From positions 4,722 through 68,721 of the forward strand of contig DATILY010000019.1 in NCBI GenBank assembly GCA_035475895.1: 64,000 nt of DNA, read 5' to 3'. Below the pieces are notes generated by a model that was not told where the DNA came from, searched no databases, and saw only the letters and a program-made list of their open reading frames with translations. A program made the position numbers and the translations under genes. Below, one piece after another: positions 39,340 through 49,180 of the stretch. How positions within the stretch are numbered: the first letter of the stretch is position 1; each line of letters begins with the position of its first letter. Origin of the DNA: Casimicrobiaceae bacterium. GTDB taxonomy: Bacteria > Pseudomonadota > Gammaproteobacteria > Burkholderiales > Casimicrobiaceae.

Positions 39340-40281
39340 ATGCAAGCACAGATTCAATCAGACCCTGTCGCGACCAGGACCTACGCGAAATGCGTCGAAG
39401 TATCCAAGCGCATCCGCTGGGAAATCGAGCGCGATGTGATCCGCGGTCGCACGTTCGACTTCGACCAGAAGTTCATGCCTGACGGCCTGTCGCAGCTGAA
39501 CCGGCTGCCGTTCCTTGCGTCCGCGGATCGCCGGTTCTTCAGCCAGGTCCAGGGCCGTACCTACGCCAACATGTTCGGCCTGGTCGAGCGATTCATCGGA
39601 CCGAAGATGCTCGAGGTGAGCCGCGACCATTGGCTCGGGGATCAGAACGCGTTCGAAGCGCTGGTCCGCTTCACCGACGAGGAGTTGAAGCATCAGGAGC
39701 TGTTCCGGCGCATCGACCGCATGTGCGCGGTCGGCATGCCGGACGGTTACAAGTTCCTGCCGGATGCGAACGCGGTCGCGTCGGTCGTGCTCGGCAAATC
39801 GACCTGGTCGGTGCTCGCGCTGATCTGCCACATCGAGATCTTCGTCCTGGCCCATTACCGTCAGGCGATCGAGCCCGACGCCGATCTTTCGACCGTCTGG
39901 AAGGACGTCTTCACCTTCCACGCGAAGGAGGAATCGCAGCACGCGATCATCGACGAGCTCGAATGGACACGTGAGGATGCGAAGATCTCGCAGGAGGCGC
40001 GGGAGCAGGCGGTCGGCGACTTGATCGACCTCGTCGGCGCCGTCGACGGACTGCTGCAAATGCAGGCTGGGGCGGATACCGAGTACTTCGTCAGCCGATG
40101 CGCCGAGCGGCTTTCCGCGGACGCGCAAGCGGAGGTGGCAAAGGCCTTCCTGAGCGCTTATCGATGGCAGTACATCGTGTCCGGCGTTCAGGACCCGCGC
40201 TTCGCCGGCTTGCTGCAAAAAAGTGTGAGCGACGCGCAGATGGCCCGCATCGGGCAGGCGCTCGCGCCGATCCTCAACTGA
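39340..40281 (+). CDS. Ferritin-like di-iron protein (AurF-like fold)
   Basis: Paired ExxH motifs DEELKHQELF and KEESQHAIIDE; helical; RBS GGAGA. Confidence 0.65.
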   Translation: MQAQIQSDPVATRTYAKCVEVSKRIRWEIERDVIRGRTFDFDQKFMPDGLSQLNRLPFLASADRRFFSQVQGRTYANMFGLVERFIGPKMLEVSRDHWLGDQNAFEALVRFTDEELKHQELFRRIDRMCAVGMPDGYKFLPDANAVASVVLGKSTWSVLALICHIEIFVLAHYRQAIEPDADLSTVWKDVFTFHAKEESQHAIIDELEWTREDAKISQEAREQAVGDLIDLVGAVDGLLQMQAGADTEYFVSRCAERLSADAQAEVAKAFLSAYRWQYIVSGVQDPRFAGLLQKSVSDAQMARIGQALAPILN

Positions 40282-40348
40282 TCTCGCGACGCCAGGCCGT
40301 CCATGATGCCATGCGCCACCTGCAGTCCCGCAGGAGCGGCGTTTGGCA

Positions 40349-41530
40349 TCATCCGGCGATCGTGAGAAATCCCCACGGCGCGTCGTGCATGCGCTCGAAT
40401 CCCGCGGCCGTCACACGCACCATCTCGCCCAGCTGGACGCCGGCGGTCTCATCGAGCGTGATAACGTTCGGCTGCACCACCAGCGTCATGTTGGCTTCCA
40501 GCCGGATGTCCGGGATCGAGCCCGGCTCCCGGCTGTTCCGCCCGAGCACCGGCGGCCAGTAGCCGCCGCCGAATCCGTGCACGACGTCATCGTAGATGGA
40601 GAACCCTGCCGCTTCGATCACCCCGCTTGCGTCGACGAGGTCCTGGGCGGACGCGCCGTCGCGCAGCACGCCGGTGATCGCGGCGAACGCCGCATCCGCG
40701 GTGGCGTAGAGCGCCTGGAAGAGCGGCGGAGGATCGGCGGCGACGCTGATCGTGCGCAGCACCTGGCCAGGGTAGTCGAAGAAGGTGCCGCTGAATTCGA
40801 CGAACAGCATGTCGCCCTGGCGCAGCTTGCGCGAGGAATGCTGTTGCGGCGGAACGCACGTGTCCGGCCGGCGCATGTCGTTGACGCCGATGAAATGGAT
40901 GATCGTCGACCCTCCGAGCGGGTGATACGCGCTCTCGACGAGCGCACCAAGCTCGCGCTCCGTCATTCCTACGCGTGCATGGCGCAACAGGGCGTCGAGC
41001 CCAGCGTCGCTGAACGCCGCGCCGACGCGCATCCACTGGATCTCCTCATCGGACTTGCGCATGCGCAGCCACTGGTATTCCTCACCCAGATCGAGCAGCT
41101 CGAACCGCCCGGACAGCTCGCGCGCCTTGCGCCATGACAGCAGGCCCATGATGCCTACGCGCCGCGCGCCGCGCCGCGTGAGCTCTTCGGCAACGGCCTG
41201 CGCGCCCCGGCGCTCGGCCCAGCGTACCTCGGCGTCCACCGCCATCCTGCGCGCGTTCGGTACGTGGTTGTGGAACTCGACGAAGAGCACGTCCTGCTCA
41301 TCCGGAGCGAACAGCACGATGGCCTCGGACGATGTCGGCCACCCGGTGAGCCAGTACACGCCCGTTCCGGCCCGGTCCTCGCCGCAGAGCAGGATCGCGT
41401 CGCAAGCGTGACGCCGTGCGACCGCAGCGAGCGCCTGGCGGCGCCGCGCGAACTCCCGCGCGGAGAACCGCCCATACGGTTGCGCCAGGATGGCTTGAAC
41501 CGCCGGGTCCTGCAACGCGCGCGCGCTCAT
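40349..41530 (-). CDS. M24 family (Xaa-Pro/creatinase-like) hydrolase
   Basis: N-terminal creatinase-like domain, LRMRKSDEEI, VHGFG, VVQPN, LGEMVRVT; metal ligands appear partly non-canonical. Confidence 0.75.
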   Translation of the reverse strand: MSARALQDPAVQAILAQPYGRFSAREFARRRQALAAVARRHACDAILLCGEDRAGTGVYWLTGWPTSSEAIVLFAPDEQDVLFVEFHNHVPNARRMAVDAEVRWAERRGAQAVAEELTRRGARRVGIMGLLSWRKARELSGRFELLDLGEEYQWLRMRKSDEEIQWMRVGAAFSDAGLDALLRHARVGMTERELGALVESAYHPLGGSTIIHFIGVNDMRRPDTCVPPQQHSSRKLRQGDMLFVEFSGTFFDYPGQVLRTISVAADPPPLFQALYATADAAFAAITGVLRDGASAQDLVDASGVIEAAGFSIYDDVVHGFGGGYWPPVLGRNSREPGSIPDIRLEANMTLVVQPNVITLDETAGVQLGEMVRVTAAGFERMHDAPWGFLTIAG

Positions 41531-41571
41531 GCAAGTGGCTCCAGTGAATGGACGCGCGCGGGCGGGCGGCG

Positions 41572-42513
41572 TCACGCGTGCCCGGCCGCTTGGGCCAGAA
41601 ACGTCAGGTCGTAATAGGCCGCGGGCTGGCGCAACGTCGTGCGCGGCTCACCGTAGGTTTCGCGCAACCGCAATACGTTCGCGACGCCCTCGACGTCGAT
41701 GTCGCCGCTCGCCGGAAAGCCACTGACCGGATCGAACAGCACGGCGTACGCGGTCGCTGCCGCGTCCGCGGTACCCCTTTCCAGGCGCGCCGCGTAGAGC
41801 GCGAGCGCCGCCGCTCGATTCGCCGGCGCATAGAGCCACGCGAGCGCATCCAGCAGCGCGCGCAGGAAGTCGACGACGACATCCCGGTGAGCCTCCGCCC
41901 AGGCTTGCCGGCTCGTCACGACGTGACCCTGGAAGCGGCGCAGCAGGCTGCTCGCCGAATCGAGCGCGTGGAAGCCCATGGCCTTCAGTTGCGCGTCGAG
42001 CGGTGCGTTGAAGAGCGAGCCGGCATACGCGTGGCGCGTCATCGCCTCGTAACGCTGCGTCACGCCCCCTGCCTGCTCCAGAACATAGTCGGCGCTCGTC
42101 AGGCCCCCCCGCGCCAGCATGCCGCGCAGCACCAGCGCATTGCCGGTCAGGAGCGCATCGACGGCAAGCGTCTTGCCGCGCAGGCCGTCATACGTCTCGA
42201 TGTCCGGCGTCGTCATCAGCGTCGGCATGGCGCGCGTGTCGACCGCCATCAACGCTATGGCGTCGTCGACGAGGACTCCACGCGCACCTTGTCCTTCGCG
42301 ATAGGCGACGACGTTGTCCATCAGCGTGATGGCGAGATCGGCGCGGCCTTCCGCGAGCGTCGACCATTGGAACACCGAGCCGGGCGTGGTCATGACCTCC
42401 ACCGCCACGCCCCGGCGCGCGAAGAACCCCTGGTCTTCGGCGACCCACACCGGCCAATTGAAGCCGCCGGGGAAGACGATCAGCTTGACGACGCGACGAT
42501 CCGCCCCTGTCAC
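41572..42513 (-). CDS. ABC transporter substrate-binding protein (NMT1/SsuA-like), no obvious signal peptide
   Basis: PVWVAEDQGFFARRGVAVE, GKTLAVDALLTG. Confidence 0.75.
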   Translation of the reverse strand: MTGADRRVVKLIVFPGGFNWPVWVAEDQGFFARRGVAVEVMTTPGSVFQWSTLAEGRADLAITLMDNVVAYREGQGARGVLVDDAIALMAVDTRAMPTLMTTPDIETYDGLRGKTLAVDALLTGNALVLRGMLARGGLTSADYVLEQAGGVTQRYEAMTRHAYAGSLFNAPLDAQLKAMGFHALDSASSLLRRFQGHVVTSRQAWAEAHRDVVVDFLRALLDALAWLYAPANRAAALALYAARLERGTADAAATAYAVLFDPVSGFPASGDIDVEGVANVLRLRETYGEPRTTLRQPAAYYDLTFLAQAAGHA

Positions 42514-42568
42514 GCGCGACCCCGGGACGCCGCGGGCTCGGCGCAGCGGCTCAGGCGCGAGCGCAGCG

Positions 42569-43585
42569 TCACTTCACGTCGCCCAGGCGGACCAGCTTGC
42601 TCGTGAAGTCGATCTGCGAGCCGAGCGCGCCTTCCTTATGGTAGATGTCGAGCACCTTTTGCATGGCGCCGATGTCGCGCTCGTTGATCTGCTCCTCGTT
42701 GCGGAACATGATGGGCCGCACATACGACAGGGAGCTGGCCGGAATGCCCGCGTACTTGGCCAGCAGCGGCTTGTAGCGGTCGAAATCGGCTTCGATGCGC
42801 TTGGTGATGTCGCGCAGCACGAGCATCACCTTGCGGGCGGTTTCCGGCCGCTCCTTCAGGAATTTCGTCGTCATGACGGCGCAGCCGCCGAACCACGGGT
42901 TCGCGACGTAGCGCGCGCCGACATTGATCATGGGCGCCTCGATGTCGCCGGTGGCGAGCCCGCTCGCGGCGAACGGATCGATGGTGATGGTCGCATCGAC
43001 GGTGCCGGCCATCAGCGCGGGGACCTGCTGCGGAAACGGCAGCTCGACGAGCGTAACGTCGCTGTCCTTCACGTTCATGCCCCGCAGGATGTAGCGCACG
43101 TTGGTGCGCCATTGCCCGCCGGGGTTGTGTCCGAGCTTCTTGCCCTTGAGGTCGGTGAGCGAACGGATTCCGCTGCCCTTGCGCACGAGCAGCGAGCTGT
43201 TGACGTACGGCGAATCGGCCAGGCCGCCGGACAAACCGAAGATCTTGAGCGACCCGGGGTTCTGCGATTCCGCCACCATGGCGATGCCGGGCGCAGTGCC
43301 ATACGGCCCGACCTCGGCGCGATCGGCGATGAACGCGTCGACCAGGCCCGCGGGCGAGTTGAGACGCTGATCCACCACCTCGATGCCCTGCGCTTCGAAC
43401 GCCTTCTCCTCGAGCGCGACCATGTACGGCAGCGCGTCGATGGCCGGCACCCACGCGAACACGACCTTCTCGGCCGCCTGCGCCGACGCGGTGAGCGTCA
43501 CCAGCGCGGCGGCGACCAGCGCCACGCGCAACGCCGAAGCCGTCCTGCCCAACGACGAAAGCCGATCTGCCATTCGCGTATGCAT
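42569..43585 (-). CDS. ABC transporter substrate-binding protein (NMT1/SsuA-like)
   Basis: Signal peptide; PYMVALEEKAFEAQGIEV, SLTDLKGKKLG; RBS GAAGGAG. Confidence 0.85.
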   Translation of the reverse strand: MHTRMADRLSSLGRTASALRVALVAAALVTLTASAQAAEKVVFAWVPAIDALPYMVALEEKAFEAQGIEVVDQRLNSPAGLVDAFIADRAEVGPYGTAPGIAMVAESQNPGSLKIFGLSGGLADSPYVNSSLLVRKGSGIRSLTDLKGKKLGHNPGGQWRTNVRYILRGMNVKDSDVTLVELPFPQQVPALMAGTVDATITIDPFAASGLATGDIEAPMINVGARYVANPWFGGCAVMTTKFLKERPETARKVMLVLRDITKRIEADFDRYKPLLAKYAGIPASSLSYVRPIMFRNEEQINERDIGAMQKVLDIYHKEGALGSQIDFTSKLVRLGDVK

Positions 43586-43724
43586 CGAGAGCTCTCCTTC
43601 AGGAATGTCCGGTTGTTCGGCGAGGCACCTCGCGGCCACCGGTGAAAACCGCGTAATCGCGATGGCCGCCCGTTCGGGGCACCGCGTCTCAAAAGCTTGC
43701 AGCGCGCAACGCACGGACCGGCGC

Positions 43725-44579
43725 CTAGCGGATCGAGCCGTGAACGCCGCGAGCGACCTCGCGGCTGAACACGTCGAGGCAGTGACTCTTCACGGCGACG
43801 AAATCCGGCTGTGACAACGCGCGCGCGTCGCGCGGCCACGGTACCTTCACGGGCACGATCTCGGCAACGCGCGTGGGCGGCCGCGTGAGCAGGAGAACCC
43901 GATCGGACAACTGCACGGCCTCCTCGAGGTCATGCGACACGAAGATCATGGTGTTGCGCCGCTTCATGAAGACGTGTTGCAGGCGCTCGCGCATGAACAG
44001 GGTCATCTCGTAGTCCAGCGCGGAGAACGGCTCGTCGAGGAAGAGCACCTCGGGGTCGGTGATCAGCGCGCGCAGGATGGACACCGTCTGCTGCTGGCCA
44101 CCCGACAGCTCGTATGGATAGCGGTGCAGGTCGATCTTCACGTCGAACTCGGCAAGGAGCGCCTCGACGCGCCGGTCGCGGGTGGCCTTGTCGAGATGCA
44201 GCAGCTTGAGGGGATACTGGATGTTGTGGAGCGCCCGCATCCAGGGGAACAGCGCGTCGCGGTAATTCTGGAAGACGTACGACAGCTTGGTCTGGCCGAT
44301 CGGCTTGCCGTTGTAGAGAACCTCGCCGGCATCCATCGGCGCCAGCCCCGAGATGAGGTTGATGAGGGTGCTCTTGCCGCATCCGTTGGGACCGAAGATC
44401 GAGACGAACTCGCCGTCGTGCAGATCGAGGTCGAAGTCCCGGTACACGTACCCCGCCTCGAAGCGCTTGGTGAGCCCGCGGATGCGAATGCCGCGATGCG
44501 GCGCGCCGTCGCGCGCGGGCTCGCCGGCCGCGGCGCGCGGCGCGGCATCGAGCTGTGCGGCGCCGGTGCCCATCGTCAA
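43725..44579 (-). CDS. NitT/TauT-type ABC transporter ATP-binding protein
   Basis: GPNGCGKST, LSGGQQQ, LFLDEPF, SHDLEEA. Confidence 0.93.
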   Translation of the reverse strand: MTMGTGAAQLDAAPRAAAGEPARDGAPHRGIRIRGLTKRFEAGYVYRDFDLDLHDGEFVSIFGPNGCGKSTLINLISGLAPMDAGEVLYNGKPIGQTKLSYVFQNYRDALFPWMRALHNIQYPLKLLHLDKATRDRRVEALLAEFDVKIDLHRYPYELSGGQQQTVSILRALITDPEVLFLDEPFSALDYEMTLFMRERLQHVFMKRRNTMIFVSHDLEEAVQLSDRVLLLTRPPTRVAEIVPVKVPWPRDARALSQPDFVAVKSHCLDVFSREVARGVHGSIR

Positions 44580-45352
44580 CGCCCCGCCCAGTGCACGAAA
44601 TGGCGCTCGATCAGCAGGAACAGGTAGTTGAGCCCGTAGCCGAACGCGCCCGACACGAGCAGCGACCCGTACATGTCCTTGAGGTTGTACGAGTACTGGT
44701 CCTCCATGATGCGATGCCCCATGCCGTCGACGCCGCCGATGAACATCTCGGCCACCACCACCACGACCAGCGCCACCGACACGCCTGCGCGCAGCCCCAC
44801 GAAAGTCTGGGGGAGCGTCTCGAGGAAGATGATGTCAGCGAAGATCCGCAGCGGCGACGCGCCCATCGAGCGCGCGGCGAGGATGCGCGTCTTGCGCGCG
44901 TTCAGCACGCCGTAGGCGACGTTGAACACGATGATCAGGAAGGCAGCGAAGGCGGCAAGCGCGATCTTGCCTTCTTCGCCCAGGCCGAAAATCAGCATGA
45001 ACAGCGGGAACATGGCCGTTGACGGGGTCGAGCGGAAGAAGTCGATGAGGAACTCGATGCTTCGATAGACCCGCTCGTTGGCGCCGATCAGGATGCCGAG
45101 CGGCACACCGACACCTGCGGCGACGCCGAATGCGTACAGGACGCGGATGAGCGTCTGCAGGAGATCATGGGCCATCGTGCCCGACGCGAGCGCGTTCAAC
45201 GTCGTCGTCAGCGTTGGGCCCGGCGCCGGGACGAGCTTGGTGTTGAGCAGGCCGGATGCGGCTGCGAGCCACCAGAAACCGACCAGCAGCAGCGGCCCCA
45301 TGACGGGCAGCAGCCTGTCGCGCAGGGGTCGCCGGTTCGCTCGCGTCTTCAT
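44576..45352 (-). CDS. NitT/TauT-type ABC transporter permease
   Basis: Multiple TMs; LAARSMGAS EAA motif; ATGA overlap. Confidence 0.9.
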   Translation of the reverse strand: MKTRANRRPLRDRLLPVMGPLLLVGFWWLAAASGLLNTKLVPAPGPTLTTTLNALASGTMAHDLLQTLIRVLYAFGVAAGVGVPLGILIGANERVYRSIEFLIDFFRSTPSTAMFPLFMLIFGLGEEGKIALAAFAAFLIIVFNVAYGVLNARKTRILAARSMGASPLRIFADIIFLETLPQTFVGLRAGVSVALVVVVVAEMFIGGVDGMGHRIMEDQYSYNLKDMYGSLLVSGAFGYGLNYLFLLIERHFVHWAGR

Positions 45353-45355
45353 GGA

Positions 45356-46111
45356 TCAAAGATACGGCGGTGAGCTGATCCAGATCGCCTGCGTCAGGCG
45401 TGCGCCGCGATTGCACCAGCGATGCGGCAGCTCGCTGTTGAAGCAGATGCTGTCGCCTGCCGCGAGCTCGTACCACGTGCCCGCCACGTCGACGCTGAGA
45501 CGGCCGTTGAGCACGATCACGATGTCCTCGCCTTCGTGGCTTTGCGCCGGTCCGCTTTCGGCGCCGGGCTCGCCTACCAGCCACAACGCGGAGGCGCGCC
45601 GGCGGAAGTCGGGCATCAGCAGCTCGTAGCGGATGCTCGATTGCGGAAAGGCGACGCGCTTGCGCTGATGCTTCCGCAATACCGACACCATCGTGCGAGC
45701 GCCATTGGCGTCGGGGGCGATGAGCTGGCCGGTCGGGATGTCGAGCGCCCCCGCGATGCGCTTGAGCGTGGCCACCGAGGGCGTCAACAGGTTGCGCTCG
45801 ATCTGGCTGAGGTAGCCGACCGACAGCTCGGCGCGCTCCGCCACCTGCTGCAGCGTGAGCTCCTTGCGCTTGCGGGCCTGGCGCATGAGTGGACCGAGCG
45901 AGCGCCCAAGATCGGATTCGCCGTCTCCGGCGGACGGGCTGGTGTGCGGCTCCGGGCTGGACGTCGCCTGGGCCGTCCGCTGGCCGAGGCTCGCATGGAC
46001 GTCACGGCCCGGTTGCGCACGCTGCCGTTGCTCCTTCGCCCGCGCGCCGGCCGCGCGGGTGACGGCGTCCGCGTGAGCGGCGCTGCGCCGGCGCTTGGCG
46101 TTGGAAGCCAT
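45356..46111 (-). CDS. XRE-family HTH regulator with cupin domain (PuuR-like)
   Basis: LTLQQVAERAELSVGYLSQIERN HTH; HEGED...GDSICFNSELPHRW cupin. Confidence 0.88.
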   Translation of the reverse strand: MASNAKRRRSAAHADAVTRAAGARAKEQRQRAQPGRDVHASLGQRTAQATSSPEPHTSPSAGDGESDLGRSLGPLMRQARKRKELTLQQVAERAELSVGYLSQIERNLLTPSVATLKRIAGALDIPTGQLIAPDANGARTMVSVLRKHQRKRVAFPQSSIRYELLMPDFRRRASALWLVGEPGAESGPAQSHEGEDIVIVLNGRLSVDVAGTWYELAAGDSICFNSELPHRWCNRGARLTQAIWISSPPYL

Positions 46112-46118
46112 CACGTCA

Positions 46119-46973
46119 TCAGCCGTTCACGACGCCGTTCTCCAGCACGCCGACGCCTTCGATCGCGACGCGCAATCGGTCGCCCTGCTTGAGGAAGATC
46201 TTGCGAAAGCCGCCCACGCCGTACGGTGTGCCCGTCGAGATCACGTCGCCGGGATTGAGCGTCACGCGCGCGCTGGCGTACTCGATCAGGTCCCACACCG
46301 AGAAGACCATGAGCGACGTGTCGCTGTCCTGCATCTGTTCGCCATTGAGCGTCGTGGTCAAGTGCAGCCGATGCGGATCGCCCGCGTCGCTCGCCGGGAC
46401 GATCCACGGCCCGACGGGGGTGGAGGCGTCCAGCGACTTCGCGCTGAACCAGTCGACGATGCGGTTCTTGCCAAGCTCGACCCATTGCAGGTCCCGTGCC
46501 GTCACGTCGTTGACGATCGTGTAGCCGCAGACGCAATGGCGCGCTTCCGCGCCGGAAACGCGGCGGGCGCGGCGTCCGATCATCACGGCGAGCTCGCCTT
46601 CGTAATCCATCTCGCGTGAGATCGGCGGCAGCTCGATCGCCTGCCCGTGGCCGATGAGCGCCGTGGCCGGCTTGCTGAAGAACACCGGGGTCTTCGGCAC
46701 CGACAGGCCCGCTTCGTCTGCGTGCTGCCGATAGTTCGCACCGACGAGGTACAGCGTGGACGAAGCATCGATGGGGGGCAGCAGCGTCACGTCGCGCAGT
46801 GCGTGTGCCTGCGCGCCGGCCCCCGCGGCGGTGGCTGCCCAGCCGTCCGGGTGGGCCTGAACGAAGGATGCCACCGTATCGAACCGGGTCGACACGTCGT
46901 GAATGACGCCGTCCCCGTGCAGCCCGATGCGTGCCGCGGGCTGGTCGTTCGTGCGAAAGCGGACGAGTTCCAT
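46119..46973 (-). CDS. Fumarylacetoacetate hydrolase family protein
   Basis: VGANYRQHA, FFSKP, DYEGELAVMIG, NDVTARD, GDVISTGTP. Confidence 0.92.
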   Translation of the reverse strand: MELVRFRTNDQPAARIGLHGDGVIHDVSTRFDTVASFVQAHPDGWAATAAGAGAQAHALRDVTLLPPIDASSTLYLVGANYRQHADEAGLSVPKTPVFFSKPATALIGHGQAIELPPISREMDYEGELAVMIGRRARRVSGAEARHCVCGYTIVNDVTARDLQWVELGKNRIVDWFSAKSLDASTPVGPWIVPASDAGDPHRLHLTTTLNGEQMQDSDTSLMVFSVWDLIEYASARVTLNPGDVISTGTPYGVGGFRKIFLKQGDRLRVAIEGVGVLENGVVNG

Positions 46974-46993
46974 GAGATTCCGTTCGACGGGTC

Positions 46994-49180
46994 TTACACG
47001 AAATCGAACTCGACGTGCGGCGGCGCGACGCCTTCCAGCGCCACCTGGACGTCGACGAGACCGCCACAATGCGGGCAGCAGACATGGCGCAGCGCGAAGC
47101 GCCCGGCATCGTACGCTTCGCCGCGCACCGGACCGGCTGCGTCGAGCGGGGTGCTGAACGTGCGCAGGCGCGACATCAGATTCTCGCCCGCTGCGCCGAT
47201 CGCTTCGCCGCAATGCCCGCACGACACCCGCCCGGCGTCCAGGTCGGCGCGCAGGACATCGCCGTAGCGCTGCTGGCCGCTGCCGCGGACGATGAACGCG
47301 CCACCGTCGTGCGGCGCGGCCGAGCGCGCGACGCGCTCGGCGCGCATCTGGTTGCGGCACGACGTCGTCTGCGGCTCGTCCACCGTGTCGTCCTCGCGCA
47401 GCATGACGCCGTAGATGTCACGCGCGGCCCGCGGCGATACGGCGCGGCGCAATACGTCTTCGGCAACCCGCGCAGGCTCGCGGAGCAACGGATCGCCATA
47501 GCCGCCACCCGCTTGCCAGCTGTGATACCAGACGTCGCCCCGCGCGAGCGGCGTGCGCACATGCTTGCAGCACAGGATCTCGCGCCGGCCCTCGATGCCG
47601 TCCAGGCTGTCGGGCAAGCCCGTGCCGGCAGCGAGGCGCTCGGACACGTCCGTCTCCACGACGCGCGCGACGCGGATGGCCGCGCCCGGCAGGCCGCCTG
47701 CCAATCCGATGGCGTTGGGCATCTCGGCGCCCGTGCCCGCGAAGAGGCCCTCGAGGTGATCGTTGGGCGCGTCGTACATCGTGTAGGCGAGCTCGCCCGA
47801 GCGGCCGCCACGATAACGCCCCGGGCCGCCCGAGTCCTGCAGGTGCCGGCGGAAGAGGTACAGCACGGGGTATTCCGCTTCCTGGTCCTCGATGTTCGGC
47901 ATGTTGGGCGTCGTGTTGAAGACGATGCCTGCCGTGTCGACGCCGTCGGCATACGTGCGCGCACCGCCGCCGCCGCCGAAATGGCTCATCTCCGTGGCCG
48001 CGAATGGAAAGCCGTGCTGGCTCGTGCCAGCGAAGATCGGCGCTATCGACGTGCCCGACCACACCGCCATGGCCTGGTCGGCGTAGCGCTCGCTCGCGAC
48101 GAGCATGTGCGACAGGCAGCGCCACGTCACGTCGATGGTCACGATGACGGCCGAGATGGTCGCCATCGCGCACGGGGCCGGATAATCGCAGTTGTTCACC
48201 GTGCCGGACGGCGTGACGATGTCGATGCAATCGCGCACGCCCCGGTTCCACGGGATGTCCCAGCAGAGGTTGATGTACATGGACGACAGCACGGCCGCCT
48301 GCAGCCCCGAGTAGGTCGAGTTGATGAGGCCCCGCGCGTTCGGGCTCGTGCCGGTGAAGTCGAACGTCAGCTTGTCGGCGCGCTTGGTCAGCGTGCACAC
48401 GACCTGGTAGATCTTCGACTCGTGGCCGTCGTGGTCGATGTACTGCGTCTCGCGCCACCGGCCGTCGGGCAGCTCGCGCAGCCGCTGCGAGAGCTTCTCG
48501 CGCGCATGCGTGATGACGCCGTTCATGACGGCCTTCACGGCGTCGATGCCGAACTGGGCGATCAGCGCGACCAGCGACGCGCGACCGCTGTTGAGCGCCG
48601 CGATCTGCCCGCGCACGTCGAGGCCGACCAGCGGATCGCGCACCTGGTTCATGATCCACGCCAGGACGTCCTCGCGCACCTTGCCGGCTTCGACGAGCTT
48701 GACGGGCGGCATGCGCAGCCCTTCCTGGTGCGTGTCGACCGCCTTGATCGAGAAGCCGCCGGGATCCATGCCGCCCGTATCGAGCTGATGGCCGGACGCA
48801 CCGATCCAGGCGACCAGCTCGCCGTCGTGGAACACGGGGCTCACGGTCGCGAAGTCGGGATGGTGAATGGCGCCGAGGTACGGATCGTTGCAGATGAAGA
48901 TGTCGCCGTCGTGGATGCCGGTGTCCGCGTGCGTGAGCCGCTGCGTGCTCTGCACGATGAGCGGCAGCACGTTGCCCTGCGTGACGATGTACGGACCGAC
49001 CGACACCAGCGCCCCGTCGGGCATCATGATGGCGGTTGCCGCATCGTTGCCCGTGATCAGCACGTTCGACCCGGAGCAGCGCATGTACTGGATCCCCATC
49101 TCCTCCGTGATCGACAGCAGGCGATGGTTCAGCACCTCGAATGCGACCGGATCGACCGCCGCGGGGATGCGTCGGTTCAT
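46994..49180 (-). CDS. Hydantoinase B/oxoprolinase-family subunit with C-terminal acetone-carboxylase-gamma-like Zn domain
   Basis: NDPYLGAIHHPD, HQLDTGG, HQEGLRMPP, DSGGPGRYRGG, GGGYGDPLLR; tail CGHCG...CCPHCG. Confidence 0.85.
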   Translation of the reverse strand: MNRRIPAAVDPVAFEVLNHRLLSITEEMGIQYMRCSGSNVLITGNDAATAIMMPDGALVSVGPYIVTQGNVLPLIVQSTQRLTHADTGIHDGDIFICNDPYLGAIHHPDFATVSPVFHDGELVAWIGASGHQLDTGGMDPGGFSIKAVDTHQEGLRMPPVKLVEAGKVREDVLAWIMNQVRDPLVGLDVRGQIAALNSGRASLVALIAQFGIDAVKAVMNGVITHAREKLSQRLRELPDGRWRETQYIDHDGHESKIYQVVCTLTKRADKLTFDFTGTSPNARGLINSTYSGLQAAVLSSMYINLCWDIPWNRGVRDCIDIVTPSGTVNNCDYPAPCAMATISAVIVTIDVTWRCLSHMLVASERYADQAMAVWSGTSIAPIFAGTSQHGFPFAATEMSHFGGGGGARTYADGVDTAGIVFNTTPNMPNIEDQEAEYPVLYLFRRHLQDSGGPGRYRGGRSGELAYTMYDAPNDHLEGLFAGTGAEMPNAIGLAGGLPGAAIRVARVVETDVSERLAAGTGLPDSLDGIEGRREILCCKHVRTPLARGDVWYHSWQAGGGYGDPLLREPARVAEDVLRRAVSPRAARDIYGVMLREDDTVDEPQTTSCRNQMRAERVARSAAPHDGGAFIVRGSGQQRYGDVLRADLDAGRVSCGHCGEAIGAAGENLMSRLRTFSTPLDAAGPVRGEAYDAGRFALRHVCCPHCGGLVDVQVALEGVAPPHVEFDFV

